Assembly (NCBI GenBank): GCA_944380765.1
Contig: CALWIO010000003.1
Span: 1,701 to 65,700, forward strand
Length of the DNA stretch: 64,000 bases
Origin: an uncultured Clostridia bacterium
GTDB lineage: Bacteria; Bacillota; Clostridia; Oscillospirales; Acutalibacteraceae
Direction: 5' to 3'
In this document: one piece after another, positions 1 through 9,405 of the stretch
Layout of the letters: each line of letters starts with the position of its first letter
Numbering within the stretch: the stretch's first letter is position 1
Made by a program: the position numbers and the translations under genes
Notes under the pieces: generated by a model
Told to the model about the DNA's origin: nothing
Databases searched by the model: none
The model's input: the letters and a program-made list of their open reading frames with translations, nothing else

Positions 1-516
1 ATGGGACTTGACGCCGAGGTGGGCGGAAATCAGTACCGCTTTAAAAACCTGCCCCTTGTAAGCGGAGAAATGGCTTACAATCTCTCGGCGCTGTACTGCC
101 TTATGGGCAAGCTCAAAAGCGAGTTTAAAATAACAATCGACGACGGCGAAACCTTTGAGGGAAAATTCCTTTTCTGCTTTATAGGAAATTCCCGCTGGTA
201 CGGCGGCGGCTACAAGGCGGCTCCCCTGGCTTTGCCCGACGACGGACTGCTTGATTTTGTAATAGTCAAGCTCGACCGCGGCAGGCTCAGACTTCTGCCC
301 CTTGTAAGCAAGTACAAGGCGGGCGAACACCTTGACTGGGATATAACCACTTTCCGCCGGGGCAAAAAGATTAAAATTGAGAGCAAAAAACCCGCCACAG
401 TCAATGTGGACGGCGAGTGTGAAACCGTAACCGAAAGGGAATTTGAGATTATAGAAAAAGGCATTACCTTTGTAGTTCCCAGAGGCTCGGATTTTCTTAC
501 AATGAAAAGGGACTGA
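1..516 (+). CDS. Lipid/diacylglycerol kinase family protein, C-terminal part (5' end lies outside window)
   Basis: ORF open at the window edge. GNSRWYGGGYKAAPLALPDDGLLDFVIV and the VNVDGE segment resemble the C-terminal half of YegS/DagK-type lipid kinases. Confidence 0.6.
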   Translation: MGLDAEVGGNQYRFKNLPLVSGEMAYNLSALYCLMGKLKSEFKITIDDGETFEGKFLFCFIGNSRWYGGGYKAAPLALPDDGLLDFVIVKLDRGRLRLLPLVSKYKAGEHLDWDITTFRRGKKIKIESKKPATVNVDGECETVTEREFEIIEKGITFVVPRGSDFLTMKRD

Positions 517-670
517 CGAAGTTTCAAAAGCTTCGGATTTTTCCGCAGTAAAAAGGAAGCGAACCCGATTTTTACCTCGCGCGCGGGCGGCGGCAGCCGT
601 CCGCGCGGTTATTAAAATACCCGTAAATATTCCCGGTCTCTTTAATTTGAGGATAAAGATTTTTTATTTC

Positions 671-699
671 TTGACAAAACGGCAAAAACTATGTATAAT
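671..699 (+). promoter_or_regulatory. Consensus sigma-A type promoter upstream of tRNA-Thr
   Basis: TTGACA (671-676), 17-nt spacer, TATAAT (694-699); about 20 nt upstream of the tRNA 5' end. Confidence 0.65.
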
Positions 700-720
700 G
701 ACTTTTGCCTTAAAAAATAC

Positions 721-796
721 GCTGATATGGCTCAGGCGGTAGAGCACGTCCTTGGTAAGGACGAGGTCACCGGTTCGAATCCGGTTATCAGCTCCA
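721..796 (+). tRNA. tRNA-Thr (anticodon GGU)
   Basis: Cloverleaf read by hand: acceptor GCTGATA/TATCAGC, D arm GCTC..GAGC, anticodon stem CGTCC/GGACG with loop TTGGTAA, T arm ACCGG-TTCGAAT-CCGGT, discriminator T, encoded CCA. Confidence 0.9.
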
Positions 797-797
797 A

Positions 798-828
798 AAA
801 AGCAGGCTTTGCGCCTGCTTTTTTCTTT
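798..828 (+). terminator. Rho-independent terminator after tRNA-Thr
   Basis: Hairpin AAAGCAGGC/GCCTGCTTT followed by a T-run. Confidence 0.8.
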
Positions 829-993
829 TTGCCCTGCGCTTAACGCCGCTTTTCAGGCTTTTCCGGTGTTTTAAAGTTTAATACACTGTGTACAAAAATA
901 TCGGAAATATTTAGGATATTTTTCCACCTTGTTTATTTTGCCGGAAAAGATGTATAATTTATTTGTATAATTTTAATTGTACAGGAGGGTATT

Positions 994-2832
994 ATGAACA
1001 AAAAAGAGCTTTTTTGCGAAAAAAACGGAAAGCTGAATGTGTTTAACACAATACTTACCGGCTTCGGTTTTCTCGCGACCTCAATCGCCTGGGCGATTTA
1101 TGACCCGTATATTACCAAAATTCTGAATCATCTTCTCGGCGACTCCGCGTGGGTTACCTCTCTGAGCGCAAAGCTCAACGAGAGCATACCTTTCCTTGCC
1201 CGGCTCGCGGCGGCTCAGGGCGAAGATGTAACGCTCGCCGGCGGAGGCATTACTCTTGTACCGCTGTTTATCGGTATTATAATGACCTTTGACAATATTT
1301 TCGGCGTTATTTTCCAGCCGGCTTTCGGCAAGCTGTCGGACAGATGCCACTCAAAGCTCGGCAAACGCCGTCCCTTTATCGCGTTCGGAGCGCCCGTCTG
1401 CGCCGTGCTGTTCGTGCTGATTCCTCTGTTCGCTCTTAAAGGCTCCCTGCCGCTTACAATGACTTTCATAATACTTTTCGTATTTGTTATGTCGCTGTGG
1501 CGCGCGCCCGTTGTGGCGCTCATGCCCGACCTTACTCCTCCGGAGCTTCGCAGCGAGGGCAACGCCATAATCAACCTTATGGGCGGTCTCGGCTCGCTTA
1601 TCGGAATGGTGGCGGGCACAATAGTTACGGTTATATATACCGCCGTTACGAAAACCGAAATCACCTCCGCAAACGAGGAGCGCATTTTCCCCTATGTTTT
1701 CCTGTTGGGCTCGGTGGTAATGATTATAGGCATGCTTGTCGTTCTCTTTAAGGTAAAAGAGCCGGACAGCCGCCTTAAAGCCGTGGCGGAGCGCAATATG
1801 GCGCTGGACGCCGCCGCGAGAGCCGCCGCCGAAAAAGAGGCGAAAAAGCGCGAAAAGGCGGAAAGAAAAGCTCACAAGCTCTCACGCGGGGAAAGAAAGA
1901 GCCTTATATTTATGCTTATGGGACTCTTCTTTTTGTTCTGCGGCACAAACGCAATAACCACATTCTTTGCCCTGTTCGCCGCTGAGATTCTTCATTTCGC
2001 CACAAGTCAGGCGACAATCCTCATGGCGATATTCGCCGTGTGCTCAGCCGCCGCGGCTATTCCCGCCGGCAAAATGGGCAAAAAGCTCGGCAGGAAAAAG
2101 ACTATTCTCGCCGGTCTTGCGATTTTCGTTGTGGCGTTCGTGGTGTTCTTCGGCATTTTCAATGTTATGATAGCCAAAGACGGCTTCAACCTTTCAAGCT
2201 TCAACTCCACCAACAAGGCGTATATAGCCGTCACGGACGAAATCAACGAGTACAACGATATAAACGAGCTTAAAAACGAGGACGCCGTCACAATAGACGG
2301 ATATATAAGCTACCTTAAAGGCGAAAACGAGGCGGAGAGCGAAAAATACCTCGCCTTTGACAGCAGCCTTGAAGAAAAAGGCTTCTCCTTTGACGCTATA
2401 ATTTCCGCGGCTAACAGCAGCCTCGGCCTTGAACTTTCAGACGGCGACCGGGGCGAAGCGCTCAACGCTGTTTCCACGGCTCTTGACAAGATAATCGGAC
2501 TTATGAAAATACTCATCTATCCGGTGCTTGTGCTCGGAGGCGCTGCGAATATGTTCATCACCGTCAACACGCTTCCTCTTGTGCTTGAAATAGGCGGCAT
2601 TGATAAGGTAGGCACCTTTACCGGATACTACTACACCGCCACATTCTCGGCGCAGATTGCCTCACCTATAGTTTACGGCGTTGTGGCTATGCTCAGCGGA
2701 ACATATCTTTCGCTGTTCTATTACAGCCCGATTACCTTTATACTCAGCGCGCTGTGCATTTTCGCCGTGCGGCACGGAGAAGCAATCCCGCAGGAGATTA
2801 TCGACAAAATCGAGGAGGAAAACGCGGACTGA
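994..2832 (+). CDS. MFS-type transporter (glycoside/sugar-cation symporter-like) with a large soluble insertion
   Basis: 612 aa and AGGAGGG RBS. Many hydrophobic helices, a G-x-L-S-D-R-like motif (GKLSDRCHSKLGKRRPF), a charged central loop and a ~110-aa hydrophilic insert. Confidence 0.75.
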   Translation: MNKKELFCEKNGKLNVFNTILTGFGFLATSIAWAIYDPYITKILNHLLGDSAWVTSLSAKLNESIPFLARLAAAQGEDVTLAGGGITLVPLFIGIIMTFDNIFGVIFQPAFGKLSDRCHSKLGKRRPFIAFGAPVCAVLFVLIPLFALKGSLPLTMTFIILFVFVMSLWRAPVVALMPDLTPPELRSEGNAIINLMGGLGSLIGMVAGTIVTVIYTAVTKTEITSANEERIFPYVFLLGSVVMIIGMLVVLFKVKEPDSRLKAVAERNMALDAAARAAAEKEAKKREKAERKAHKLSRGERKSLIFMLMGLFFLFCGTNAITTFFALFAAEILHFATSQATILMAIFAVCSAAAAIPAGKMGKKLGRKKTILAGLAIFVVAFVVFFGIFNVMIAKDGFNLSSFNSTNKAYIAVTDEINEYNDINELKNEDAVTIDGYISYLKGENEAESEKYLAFDSSLEEKGFSFDAIISAANSSLGLELSDGDRGEALNAVSTALDKIIGLMKILIYPVLVLGGAANMFITVNTLPLVLEIGGIDKVGTFTGYYYTATFSAQIASPIVYGVVAMLSGTYLSLFYYSPITFILSALCIFAVRHGEAIPQEIIDKIEEENAD

Positions 2833-2867
2833 TAAAGTCCCTTTCCCCTTTCAATAAAAACAAAACG

Positions 2868-2899
2868 CCCGTACAGTCCGAGGACTGTACGGGTTTTTT
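2868..2899. terminator. Bidirectional rho-independent terminator (ends MFS gene on + and phage-like module on -)
   Basis: 12-bp stem CCCGTACAGTCC/GGACTGTACGGG with a T6 run on + and a U-rich tract on the opposite strand. Confidence 0.8.
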
Positions 2900-3018
2900 G
2901 CGCGCAAATCAGCGGCACATTTTTCCGCGCCGAAGTTAGCGCCCCACAAGCCGGGAAAGCCGTTCGGGTTCGGTTTAATTTCCGTTTACGGTTGTTCCCG
3001 AAAAACTGCCGCGGCTTG

Positions 3019-3450
3019 TCACTCCGAAACCGTGTTGGCATACACAAAATAAGTCCTGACCACTATCGCCTGACAGTTTTTGTCATAATCCGCGTCATAG
3101 CACACGGCCTTCGTTATGCTGTCGCCTCTTTTATAAATTAAAAAAGTTGCGATACGGTCAAATATCTTGTGTCCCTCGTTTCCGCCCATTGAGTAGGGCA
3201 GGTAAATATCAACGCTGACGGTTGTGGCGACCTTTCTGCTGTCGCTTACAACTATCTCGCCGTTGTCGAGGGTGTTTGTCAGTTTGTCGCCTATCTCGCA
3301 GCTCTTGACCGAAACCGCCACAATCGGCTTTGTAAGCGGCGTGGGCTTGATTTCGTTTTCATACGCCACAACAAAGGTTATGTCTTTGAGCGTTGTTTCT
3401 GCGGAAAGAGCCGTCACGGTGTTCTGGGCAATGTTTGAGTTTACTGTCAT
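3019..3450 (-). CDS. Phage neck/tail-completion-like protein (function uncertain)
   Basis: 143 aa from ATG at 3450 with a GGAGGGGG RBS. Start overlaps the upstream stop by 4 nt. Last gene of the head/neck module. Confidence 0.5.
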   Translation of the reverse strand: MTVNSNIAQNTVTALSAETTLKDITFVVAYENEIKPTPLTKPIVAVSVKSCEIGDKLTNTLDNGEIVVSDSRKVATTVSVDIYLPYSMGGNEGHKIFDRIATFLIYKRGDSITKAVCYDADYDKNCQAIVVRTYFVYANTVSE

Positions 3451-3788
3451 ATATCCCCCTCCGTGGTTTTTCTGACGACTGCCCACACATAAAGCGCCCG
3501 CTCGCCCGAATAAATCTTTTCGGCGCGGTCAACGCTGTACCGGCAGCCGTCGCTGTCGTTAATTCTGTAAGTCCTGTCAAGACGCGTAAGGTCGTGTTCT
3601 GCCGGGCCGAGATAAAGATAAAGATCGTTTCCGTTTATTCCTATCGGCGTGGGCGTTCCGTCAAGATACAGCTTGGTTTTGTACCTTAAAGGCTGCAAAA
3701 AGGCGTTATAGACCGGGCTTTGCCAGCCGTCCGCTCCCGTGAGAAAAACGCTTCTGCCGTAACGGTTAAATACTTTTTCGATAATCAA
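3447..3788 (-). CDS. Phage head-closure / head-tail adaptor-like protein
   Basis: 113 aa. Size and position directly after the gp6-like connector gene; 4-nt overlaps on both sides. Confidence 0.55.
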   Translation of the reverse strand: MIIEKVFNRYGRSVFLTGADGWQSPVYNAFLQPLRYKTKLYLDGTPTPIGINGNDLYLYLGPAEHDLTRLDRTYRINDSDGCRYSVDRAEKIYSGERALYVWAVVRKTTEGDI

Positions 3789-4153
3789 GCGTTCACCGCC
3801 TCAAACACAAAATCCACATCGGTGAGATACGCCGCCGCCGCGAGCAGAGCCTCGTCGCGGAACCTTGAAGCGTTTTCGGCGGCTGAAGCGGCGCTGCGGC
3901 TTACGGTTATGTCGCCCGCCTTCATTGACTCAAAGCTCTCGTCCGAGGCGGTTTTAACAAGTGTAAAGCGGTACAGCGCCACGCCGGCGCAGGCGGCTAT
4001 TACCGCCGGAACATCTCCGTATTCGGCGCGCCGCAGACGGTTTGAAACCTCGGCGCACGCGGCAGAGCAGAAAGGAATTATTCTTTCGCAGTCCTCCTCG
4101 CTGAGCGCCTGAGCGTCACGCAGGAACTGAATTACGGACCAGACATTTATCAT
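3785..4153 (-). CDS. Phage head-tail connector (gp6-like / DNA-packaging) protein
   Basis: 122 aa, helical, immediately downstream of the major capsid gene as in siphophage head modules. Confidence 0.55.
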   Translation of the reverse strand: MINVWSVIQFLRDAQALSEEDCERIIPFCSAACAEVSNRLRRAEYGDVPAVIAACAGVALYRFTLVKTASDESFESMKAGDITVSRSAASAAENASRFRDEALLAAAAYLTDVDFVFEAVNA

Positions 4154-4168
4154 AATATCAGCCCCTTA

Positions 4169-5173
4169 TCAGATATTCATTACCTTTGAGGCGTCGGCAA
4201 AGATTTTGGCAAAGCCGGAAATCTGGGTAATCGCCGCGCGTTCAAGCTGACGGTCGATAAGACGGTCGAAATCCGTTTCAATGCCGCCGGCGGTAACCAT
4301 TTCAAGAGCGCAGTTTTTATCAAGCGCGATGAGCTTTGAGGTTATGTCGGCGGATTTTAAAAGCTTTGCGCCGAGAGGAGTTATCATAACGCCGCTGCCG
4401 TGGAAATTAAGTCCCGCGTGAGCGTCGCGGAATTCGCTCATATTGAGAAGCATTGCGCTTACATCGGGCGAGGCGATGAGCGTGTTCATCTCATAAGGCG
4501 AAAAGCTGTTCCACAGCTTTACAAGGTCGGCGTATTCAAGAGCGCCCTGTGCGGCAGGCTCGATCTCAGCGGCGGGATTGGAGTTTCCGTCGCCGTTTAC
4601 GAGCACATCTACGGCGTCTTTAAGCTGGGTGCGCGCGATATAGGCGCCTATCTGGCGCAGAGTTACCGTGAAAAGGTCAAGGCGCTGAAAGCGTATTGCC
4701 TCATAAGAAGCCACGAGCATTCTGCCCCTCTTGCGAAGACGCACAAGATTTTCCTGAGTTCTTATCTGAGTTTCGGGAATCTGCGCTCCCTCGGCAACAT
4801 TTTTAAGTTCCTTGTCATCGTCTGTGGGAACGGAAGTGATTGTTCTGTAATCAAGGCCGTTGATATTTGTTCTCGCGGCGATAACCGAAGAGAGAATATC
4901 CGCCTCCTCCTTGCCGCGGCGAACAGCTCTTGCCACATATTCGGGGAAAAGCACGGCGCTGTCGGTGGTGGAGAAGAACTTTTCAACGGGAGAGCTTCCC
5001 GCTCCGCTTATTTTAATGTCGAATCTTTTAAGCTGACGCTCAAAGGCGTCAAGCCCTTCAAGGGAGGTTCCCCTGTAATTTTCGGAAGGGTCGATTTTTT
5101 CGAGTTCCTCGGAAAATCCCTTTCCTGTTTTGTAAAGGCCTTTGTCGAGCCTGATAGTTTCAAAATTAGCCAT
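4169..5173 (-). CDS. Phage major capsid protein
   Basis: 334 aa with AGGAGGA RBS. Position after the protease/scaffold and decoration genes; size and composition typical of HK97-fold capsid proteins. Confidence 0.75.
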   Translation of the reverse strand: MANFETIRLDKGLYKTGKGFSEELEKIDPSENYRGTSLEGLDAFERQLKRFDIKISGAGSSPVEKFFSTTDSAVLFPEYVARAVRRGKEEADILSSVIAARTNINGLDYRTITSVPTDDDKELKNVAEGAQIPETQIRTQENLVRLRKRGRMLVASYEAIRFQRLDLFTVTLRQIGAYIARTQLKDAVDVLVNGDGNSNPAAEIEPAAQGALEYADLVKLWNSFSPYEMNTLIASPDVSAMLLNMSEFRDAHAGLNFHGSGVMITPLGAKLLKSADITSKLIALDKNCALEMVTAGGIETDFDRLIDRQLERAAITQISGFAKIFADASKVMNI

Positions 5174-5190
5174 ATTGTCCTCCTTATGAT

Positions 5191-5532
5191 TTAAAATATG
5201 ATTTCGGCAGTGGTATCCGCTGTGTTGACGGCGATTACCGTAACGCTTCTGCCGGTTGTGGCGGTTTTAATTCCGCCGGCGCCGTCGGCGGCTATTACAG
5301 CCGAGCCGAGCGCGGGAGCGGTAGAGCTGTATTTCACCTTAGCCCAGCCCGTAAGCTGAACGCAGGCGTATTTGCCGTCGTTACTAAGGCACACGCCCAC
5401 GGGAATGTTGCCCGAAGCGCACGCCGCGGCTGTGTGGTTTGCCGAGATTTTTACCAAATCGCCGGCTTTCAGCCCCTCGGCGGCAACGAGCGTTACCGCG
5501 TTTTGATTAAACCCTTTAACTGATACTGACAT
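5191..5532 (-). CDS. Small head decoration/cement-like protein (DUF2190-like)
   Basis: 113 aa, Gly/Ala-rich beta protein located between the protease/scaffold and capsid genes. Confidence 0.5.
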   Translation of the reverse strand: MSVSVKGFNQNAVTLVAAEGLKAGDLVKISANHTAAACASGNIPVGVCLSNDGKYACVQLTGWAKVKYSSTAPALGSAVIAADGAGGIKTATTGRSVTVIAVNTADTTAEIIF

Positions 5533-5544
5533 ATTTTATCCTCC

Positions 5545-6507
5545 TTAAAATTTAAACTGACTGTTGGCGCCCGCGTCCGTCTTTTTTTCCTCTCTTAAAA
5601 GCTGGGGAACGGGGCCTATCACCGCCGAAGCCTGCTTTTTTAAAGCCGAACAGAGCTCTTCAAGATTTTCACAAGTCTGGTTTTCAAGCAGACTGTCAAC
5701 GCAGTCGCCCGAAAGAGAGTCAATGGCGACGGCAAAGTATTTCTTCGCCTTTTTTACAAGCGACTCGCGGTAAAGTCTGCCGTCGGCGCTCTCTTTTTCA
5801 AGAGAGGCGATATATGACGACAGCTTTTTCACATCGTCGCGCTCCAGGGTAAGGCTTTCCCCGTTTTTAACGGATTTAAGAATATTTTCCATACTGTTCT
5901 CCTTTTTATTTATCTTGGCGCTTTTTGTAACGCCGGCGTTTTTCTGAGCCGGAACAGCCACAAAAGACCACTCGTAAGCGTCGGTGATGTCCTCGATTGT
6001 CATAAAGCACAGCCTGCCCGAATACACTCCTCCCTTTTTGTGGGAGCAGCCGGTTTTTCCGCAGACGGAGCAGACTTTTTTCCCGGCGCTGCAGCTTATG
6101 CTGACCTCTTTTTTAATTCCGCTTTCAATATCGCGTATAAAAGAGGCGTTTTTCTCGCTTCTGACGGTGTAGCACCAGGCTTTTAAATACATATAGTCAA
6201 GCCCGTCGGCGGTCTTTTTTGAGCCGTCCTTTATAACCTTTGCCCGGTAGGCGCGCGCGTTCTGGTCCTCGCTTTGCATGCTGTGGTTCAAAATGCCCGT
6301 TTTGCCCTCAAAGAGCTTTTCAAGAGCGTAAAGCGACTCTTCGCTGAACCGTTCAAAGTCCCTGTCAAGCTCGTTGTCGCACAGAATAACACTGAAAACG
6401 AACACTTCCTCTTTTTTGAGCGGAACAAGTGCGTATTTGTTTATCAGCTCTAAATCCGCCTCATCGGGGATACCCGCCCTGTTGCAGGCGGAAAAGCTTT
6501 TAATCAT
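5545..6507 (-). CDS. Prohead protease / scaffolding-like protein
   Basis: ATG at 6507 with GGGAGGTG RBS. N-terminal GKTGILNHS segment and a Cys cluster (CSAGKKVCSVCGKTGCSH); C-terminal charged coiled-coil-like tail. Lies between portal and capsid. Confidence 0.55.
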   Translation of the reverse strand: MIKSFSACNRAGIPDEADLELINKYALVPLKKEEVFVFSVILCDNELDRDFERFSEESLYALEKLFEGKTGILNHSMQSEDQNARAYRAKVIKDGSKKTADGLDYMYLKAWCYTVRSEKNASFIRDIESGIKKEVSISCSAGKKVCSVCGKTGCSHKKGGVYSGRLCFMTIEDITDAYEWSFVAVPAQKNAGVTKSAKINKKENSMENILKSVKNGESLTLERDDVKKLSSYIASLEKESADGRLYRESLVKKAKKYFAVAIDSLSGDCVDSLLENQTCENLEELCSALKKQASAVIGPVPQLLREEKKTDAGANSQFKF

Positions 6508-7645
6508 TCTTTTCACCTCCCGACGCCGCAAGAGCCTTTGCCTGAGCCGTATAAAGCCCGGCTTTCGCCTGTTCGACGGCGTCCTGAAGCGTTATGTCGC
6601 TCCACTCCACACTCACTTTGCCGCTGTTGCCGCAAAGACGCAGAAACATCGAACAGATTTTTTCAATGACCGGTGTCAGAACGCGCCGGTACGCTTCGAT
6701 TTCGGTTGTGAGCGTGTCCGCCTGCTGCGAGGACATACGCTCGGTGGTTGACCAGGAAAGCCCCAGCATAAACGGCGGCAGTCCGAGCTTTGCCACTATC
6801 TGTTCCAGAAGCTGTCTTACGGGCACCTCGCTGTCAAGCACCTGATTGTCCGCTCCGATAACCTTAATCTGCACATCGCCCACCGCCACAAAATCCTTTA
6901 CGCTTCCGCTCTCCATGGCGCTTGACCATTCCTTGGCAATCTGCATGGCCCTTTCCTTGGCGTAGGCGCGGTCGAGCATATCGGACCCGGGATTGTAGGT
7001 AACCGCGAAACGCAGGTTGCCGGCTCTTTCCCAGTTCTGTCCTATCGCGTTAAAGATTTTCAAAAGCACCGACGAAACAAAGGGCAGACTTTTTAAAACC
7101 GAATTGCCCATAAGGCTTCCGGCTTCGGGATTGAGGGCGGAATACATTACAAGCTGCTGATGTTTTACGGGCACCGCGCCGGCGCAGTCCGCGCGGCAGA
7201 CGAGCACCTCGCTGAAATCCGCCGGATTTCTTTTAAGGCATATATCCTCCGCCGGCACATTATAAAGCGCCGTAATCTTTTCGCCGTCGGTCACCATTTC
7301 TCCCGCGGCGGTGCCGTATGTCAGCAGCTGGGCAAAGTAAATGTCAATAAAATGCTGAAGCGAACAGCCGCCCGCCGCAACCCGTATGTTTTTCACAAAA
7401 TCGTCGAGTTCCTTCTGATTTCCGCCGTTTAAGCTCTTTACCACAAAGCCGCCTGCAAGCCGCACGAGCTTATAAATCGCCGTGTCGATAACCGGCACCG
7501 CCTCGCGCAGGGAGCGGTAAAGCTCCGGACGGCACACCGTAAGCGGAGTGTAACCCGATAGGGCGTCAAACGGGTGGCGGGAAACCGTCTGAGGATACGC
7601 CGAGGCGCACACCTTTTTTCTGCCCAGCCTTTCAAATACGGACAA
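6500..7645 (-). CDS. Phage portal protein
   Basis: About 381 aa. Most likely start is TTG at 7645, 6 nt after AAAGGAGGT and 2 nt after the terL stop; an alternative ATG is at 7663. Position between terL and protease. Confidence 0.7.
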   Translation of the reverse strand: MSVFERLGRKKVCASAYPQTVSRHPFDALSGYTPLTVCRPELYRSLREAVPVIDTAIYKLVRLAGGFVVKSLNGGNQKELDDFVKNIRVAAGGCSLQHFIDIYFAQLLTYGTAAGEMVTDGEKITALYNVPAEDICLKRNPADFSEVLVCRADCAGAVPVKHQQLVMYSALNPEAGSLMGNSVLKSLPFVSSVLLKIFNAIGQNWERAGNLRFAVTYNPGSDMLDRAYAKERAMQIAKEWSSAMESGSVKDFVAVGDVQIKVIGADNQVLDSEVPVRQLLEQIVAKLGLPPFMLGLSWSTTERMSSQQADTLTTEIEAYRRVLTPVIEKICSMFLRLCGNSGKVSVEWSDITLQDAVEQAKAGLYTAQAKALAASGGEKND

Positions 7646-7646
7646 A

Positions 7647-8921
7647 TCAATACCTCCTTTCATTTCTTTCAACCGACAGAGCAAAAAATTCCCTGTCGCC
7701 GTCCCCCGGAAGGCTCGACACAAAATACCTTATATCGTCCATGGCGTGGTCATACTCCTTTCGGGGAACATCTTTGATACTTTTGCAGTCCCAGCGGTAA
7801 AGGGAAAACTCCCTTATTGTGTCCGCGCAGGAACTGCCTATCATAATTTTTTTCGCTTTAAGCATTGTGGAAACGCGGCGTATGCCGTCGGCAACATCGT
7901 TCTTCGCGGGAATCACCCTGAAAAAGCCTTCACGGCGGATACACTCGATAAATGATGCCGCCGAGGGGTCAACTATCACCGCCTCAACTCTTAACCCGTC
8001 CGCGAGCTTTACAAGCTGAGAATAGTACTCGCTGTCGGTCATCTGAAAGCCTTTTGCCTTTGAGTCGTGATAGAATTCCCTTAACCTGTACCACACGCCG
8101 CCGCTTTGCCCCCACAGTCCGAAAGAAGCCGGATTGACCGTTCCGTAATCGCAGGAGATAAAAAACCGCACGCATTCCTCTGGCGAAATGTCGCGCACAT
8201 GCTCTTTTTCGCTGAAAAAGGGATACACAAGCCCGTCGGCGGCAACCCATCTGCCCTCGATAAACCTCTCGTAAAAGGCGCCCGTATAAAGCGACTTGTA
8301 GCGGCGGCGGATTTTCGGGGAAAGCGAGGGGTTGTCGTCCATTAAAAAGTGGAGATAAAGGCAGTTTTTTTCCTCGGCGCGGCAAATCCATTCCTTGTAA
8401 AACCAGTGATGGGGGTTTTCGGGATTGCAGTTGAACCAGAATTTTGAGCCTGCCTGCGAGCACCTTGCCATAGCCTGCTCCACAAAAGAGCGCGGCATAA
8501 GCGCAACCTCGTCGAACATCACGCCGCAAAGCGTCATTCCCTGAATAAGCGCCGCCGAGGACTCGTCCTTTCCGCCGAAAAGATAAAACCTGTTTTTGCG
8601 TTTCCCCATTCCTATTTCGATGATATTCGCCGACTTTTTCTCGCTTATGAAAAAGCCCATATCGCGAAGCACCGGCAAAAGAGGGGTAACCACATTCCTT
8701 TTAAGCGAGGAAATTGTTTTTCCGCACAGGGCAAAGGAACAATCCGAAAAGCGAAAGAAGCTCCAAAGTATAAATGAAATCGACATACAGACCGTTTTGC
8801 CGCTTCGCACGGCGCCGTCGCATATTATCGCGTCGCGCCCGGAATACGGACTGGAATCGCACCACCAGTTGAGCGCGGTGAGCTGCTTTTTTGAGAATTT
8901 CTGAAATTTCAAATCAGCCAT
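7647..8921 (-). CDS. terL: Phage terminase large subunit (PBSX-like family)
   Basis: 424 aa with Walker A GAVRSGKT, Walker B-like MFDEVAL and a C-terminal nuclease-like region. Confidence 0.9.
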   Translation of the reverse strand: MADLKFQKFSKKQLTALNWWCDSSPYSGRDAIICDGAVRSGKTVCMSISFILWSFFRFSDCSFALCGKTISSLKRNVVTPLLPVLRDMGFFISEKKSANIIEIGMGKRKNRFYLFGGKDESSAALIQGMTLCGVMFDEVALMPRSFVEQAMARCSQAGSKFWFNCNPENPHHWFYKEWICRAEEKNCLYLHFLMDDNPSLSPKIRRRYKSLYTGAFYERFIEGRWVAADGLVYPFFSEKEHVRDISPEECVRFFISCDYGTVNPASFGLWGQSGGVWYRLREFYHDSKAKGFQMTDSEYYSQLVKLADGLRVEAVIVDPSAASFIECIRREGFFRVIPAKNDVADGIRRVSTMLKAKKIMIGSSCADTIREFSLYRWDCKSIKDVPRKEYDHAMDDIRYFVSSLPGDGDREFFALSVERNERRY

Positions 8922-9405
8922 CGGCTAAAACGCTCTCCTTTTCGGCGGCGCTGCGTTCAAGCGCCTCGTAAAAGGACGCCGCGGCTCCCGCACGGTCGCC
9001 GTAAGAAATTTCGCCGAGCCTTTCAAGAGCCTTGATTCTGTCAAAGAATTTGATTTCCATGCCCTTGCCGCAGGTGTATTTGATTTCCGAAACCGAGAAC
9101 AGGTCCAGAGAGTCAATGTCGGGGGAGTTTTCACCGCCGCAGGACAAAATCAGTTTTACCGCGTCGGACACCGAGCCGAAAGCAAGGCGTTTGAGTCCCG
9201 CCGCTATCAGATTATCGTCGGCGGCGTTCTCTTTTTCCAGCTCTTTTATCCTTTCCTTTACGCTTTTCTTTGACAGCATACCCATAGCCCTGTGTTCGGG
9301 CATCACCGAAAACCCGGCTTTGCGGGCGGCCTCTTTGGGATTTTGCAGTTTCGCGTACCACCGGCAGAACTCCGCTTCCTTTTTGGTCAGTTTACTTTCA
9401 CTCAT
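8914..9405 (-). CDS. terS: Phage terminase small subunit
   Basis: 163 aa from ATG 9405 (GGAGG RBS). N-terminal LTKKEAEFCRWYAKLQNPKEAARKAGFS is HTH-like, as in small terminases. Overlaps terL by 8 nt. Confidence 0.75.
   Translation of the reverse strand: MSESKLTKKEAEFCRWYAKLQNPKEAARKAGFSVMPEHRAMGMLSKKSVKERIKELEKENAADDNLIAAGLKRLAFGSVSDAVKLILSCGGENSPDIDSLDLFSVSEIKYTCGKGMEIKFFDRIKALERLGEISYGDRAGAAASFYEALERSAAEKESVLADG

Larger units (their letters stand above)
3019..9405 (-). mobile_element. Orphan phage-derived DNA-packaging/head/neck gene module (no tail, lysis, integrase or replication genes in window)
   Basis: Nine co-directional genes with overlapping or abutting stop/start codons, in canonical order terS-terL-portal-protease/scaffold-decoration-capsid-connector-closure-neck. 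Cellular genes flank both sides. Confidence 0.75.

Noticed and set aside
1215-1875. Long antisense or alternative-frame ORFs inside confidently identified genes. Examples: 1215..1685, 1351..1875, 7984..8529, 11160..11816, 15747..16235, 18365..18988, 36602..37276, 49398..50324, 51353..52183, 57538..58200 and 44772..45398.
   Set aside because: They lie opposite or out of frame to genes with clear family motifs. They have Arg/Ser/Pro-rich or otherwise biased composition, typical of shadow frames in GC-moderate DNA, and lack RBS signals.
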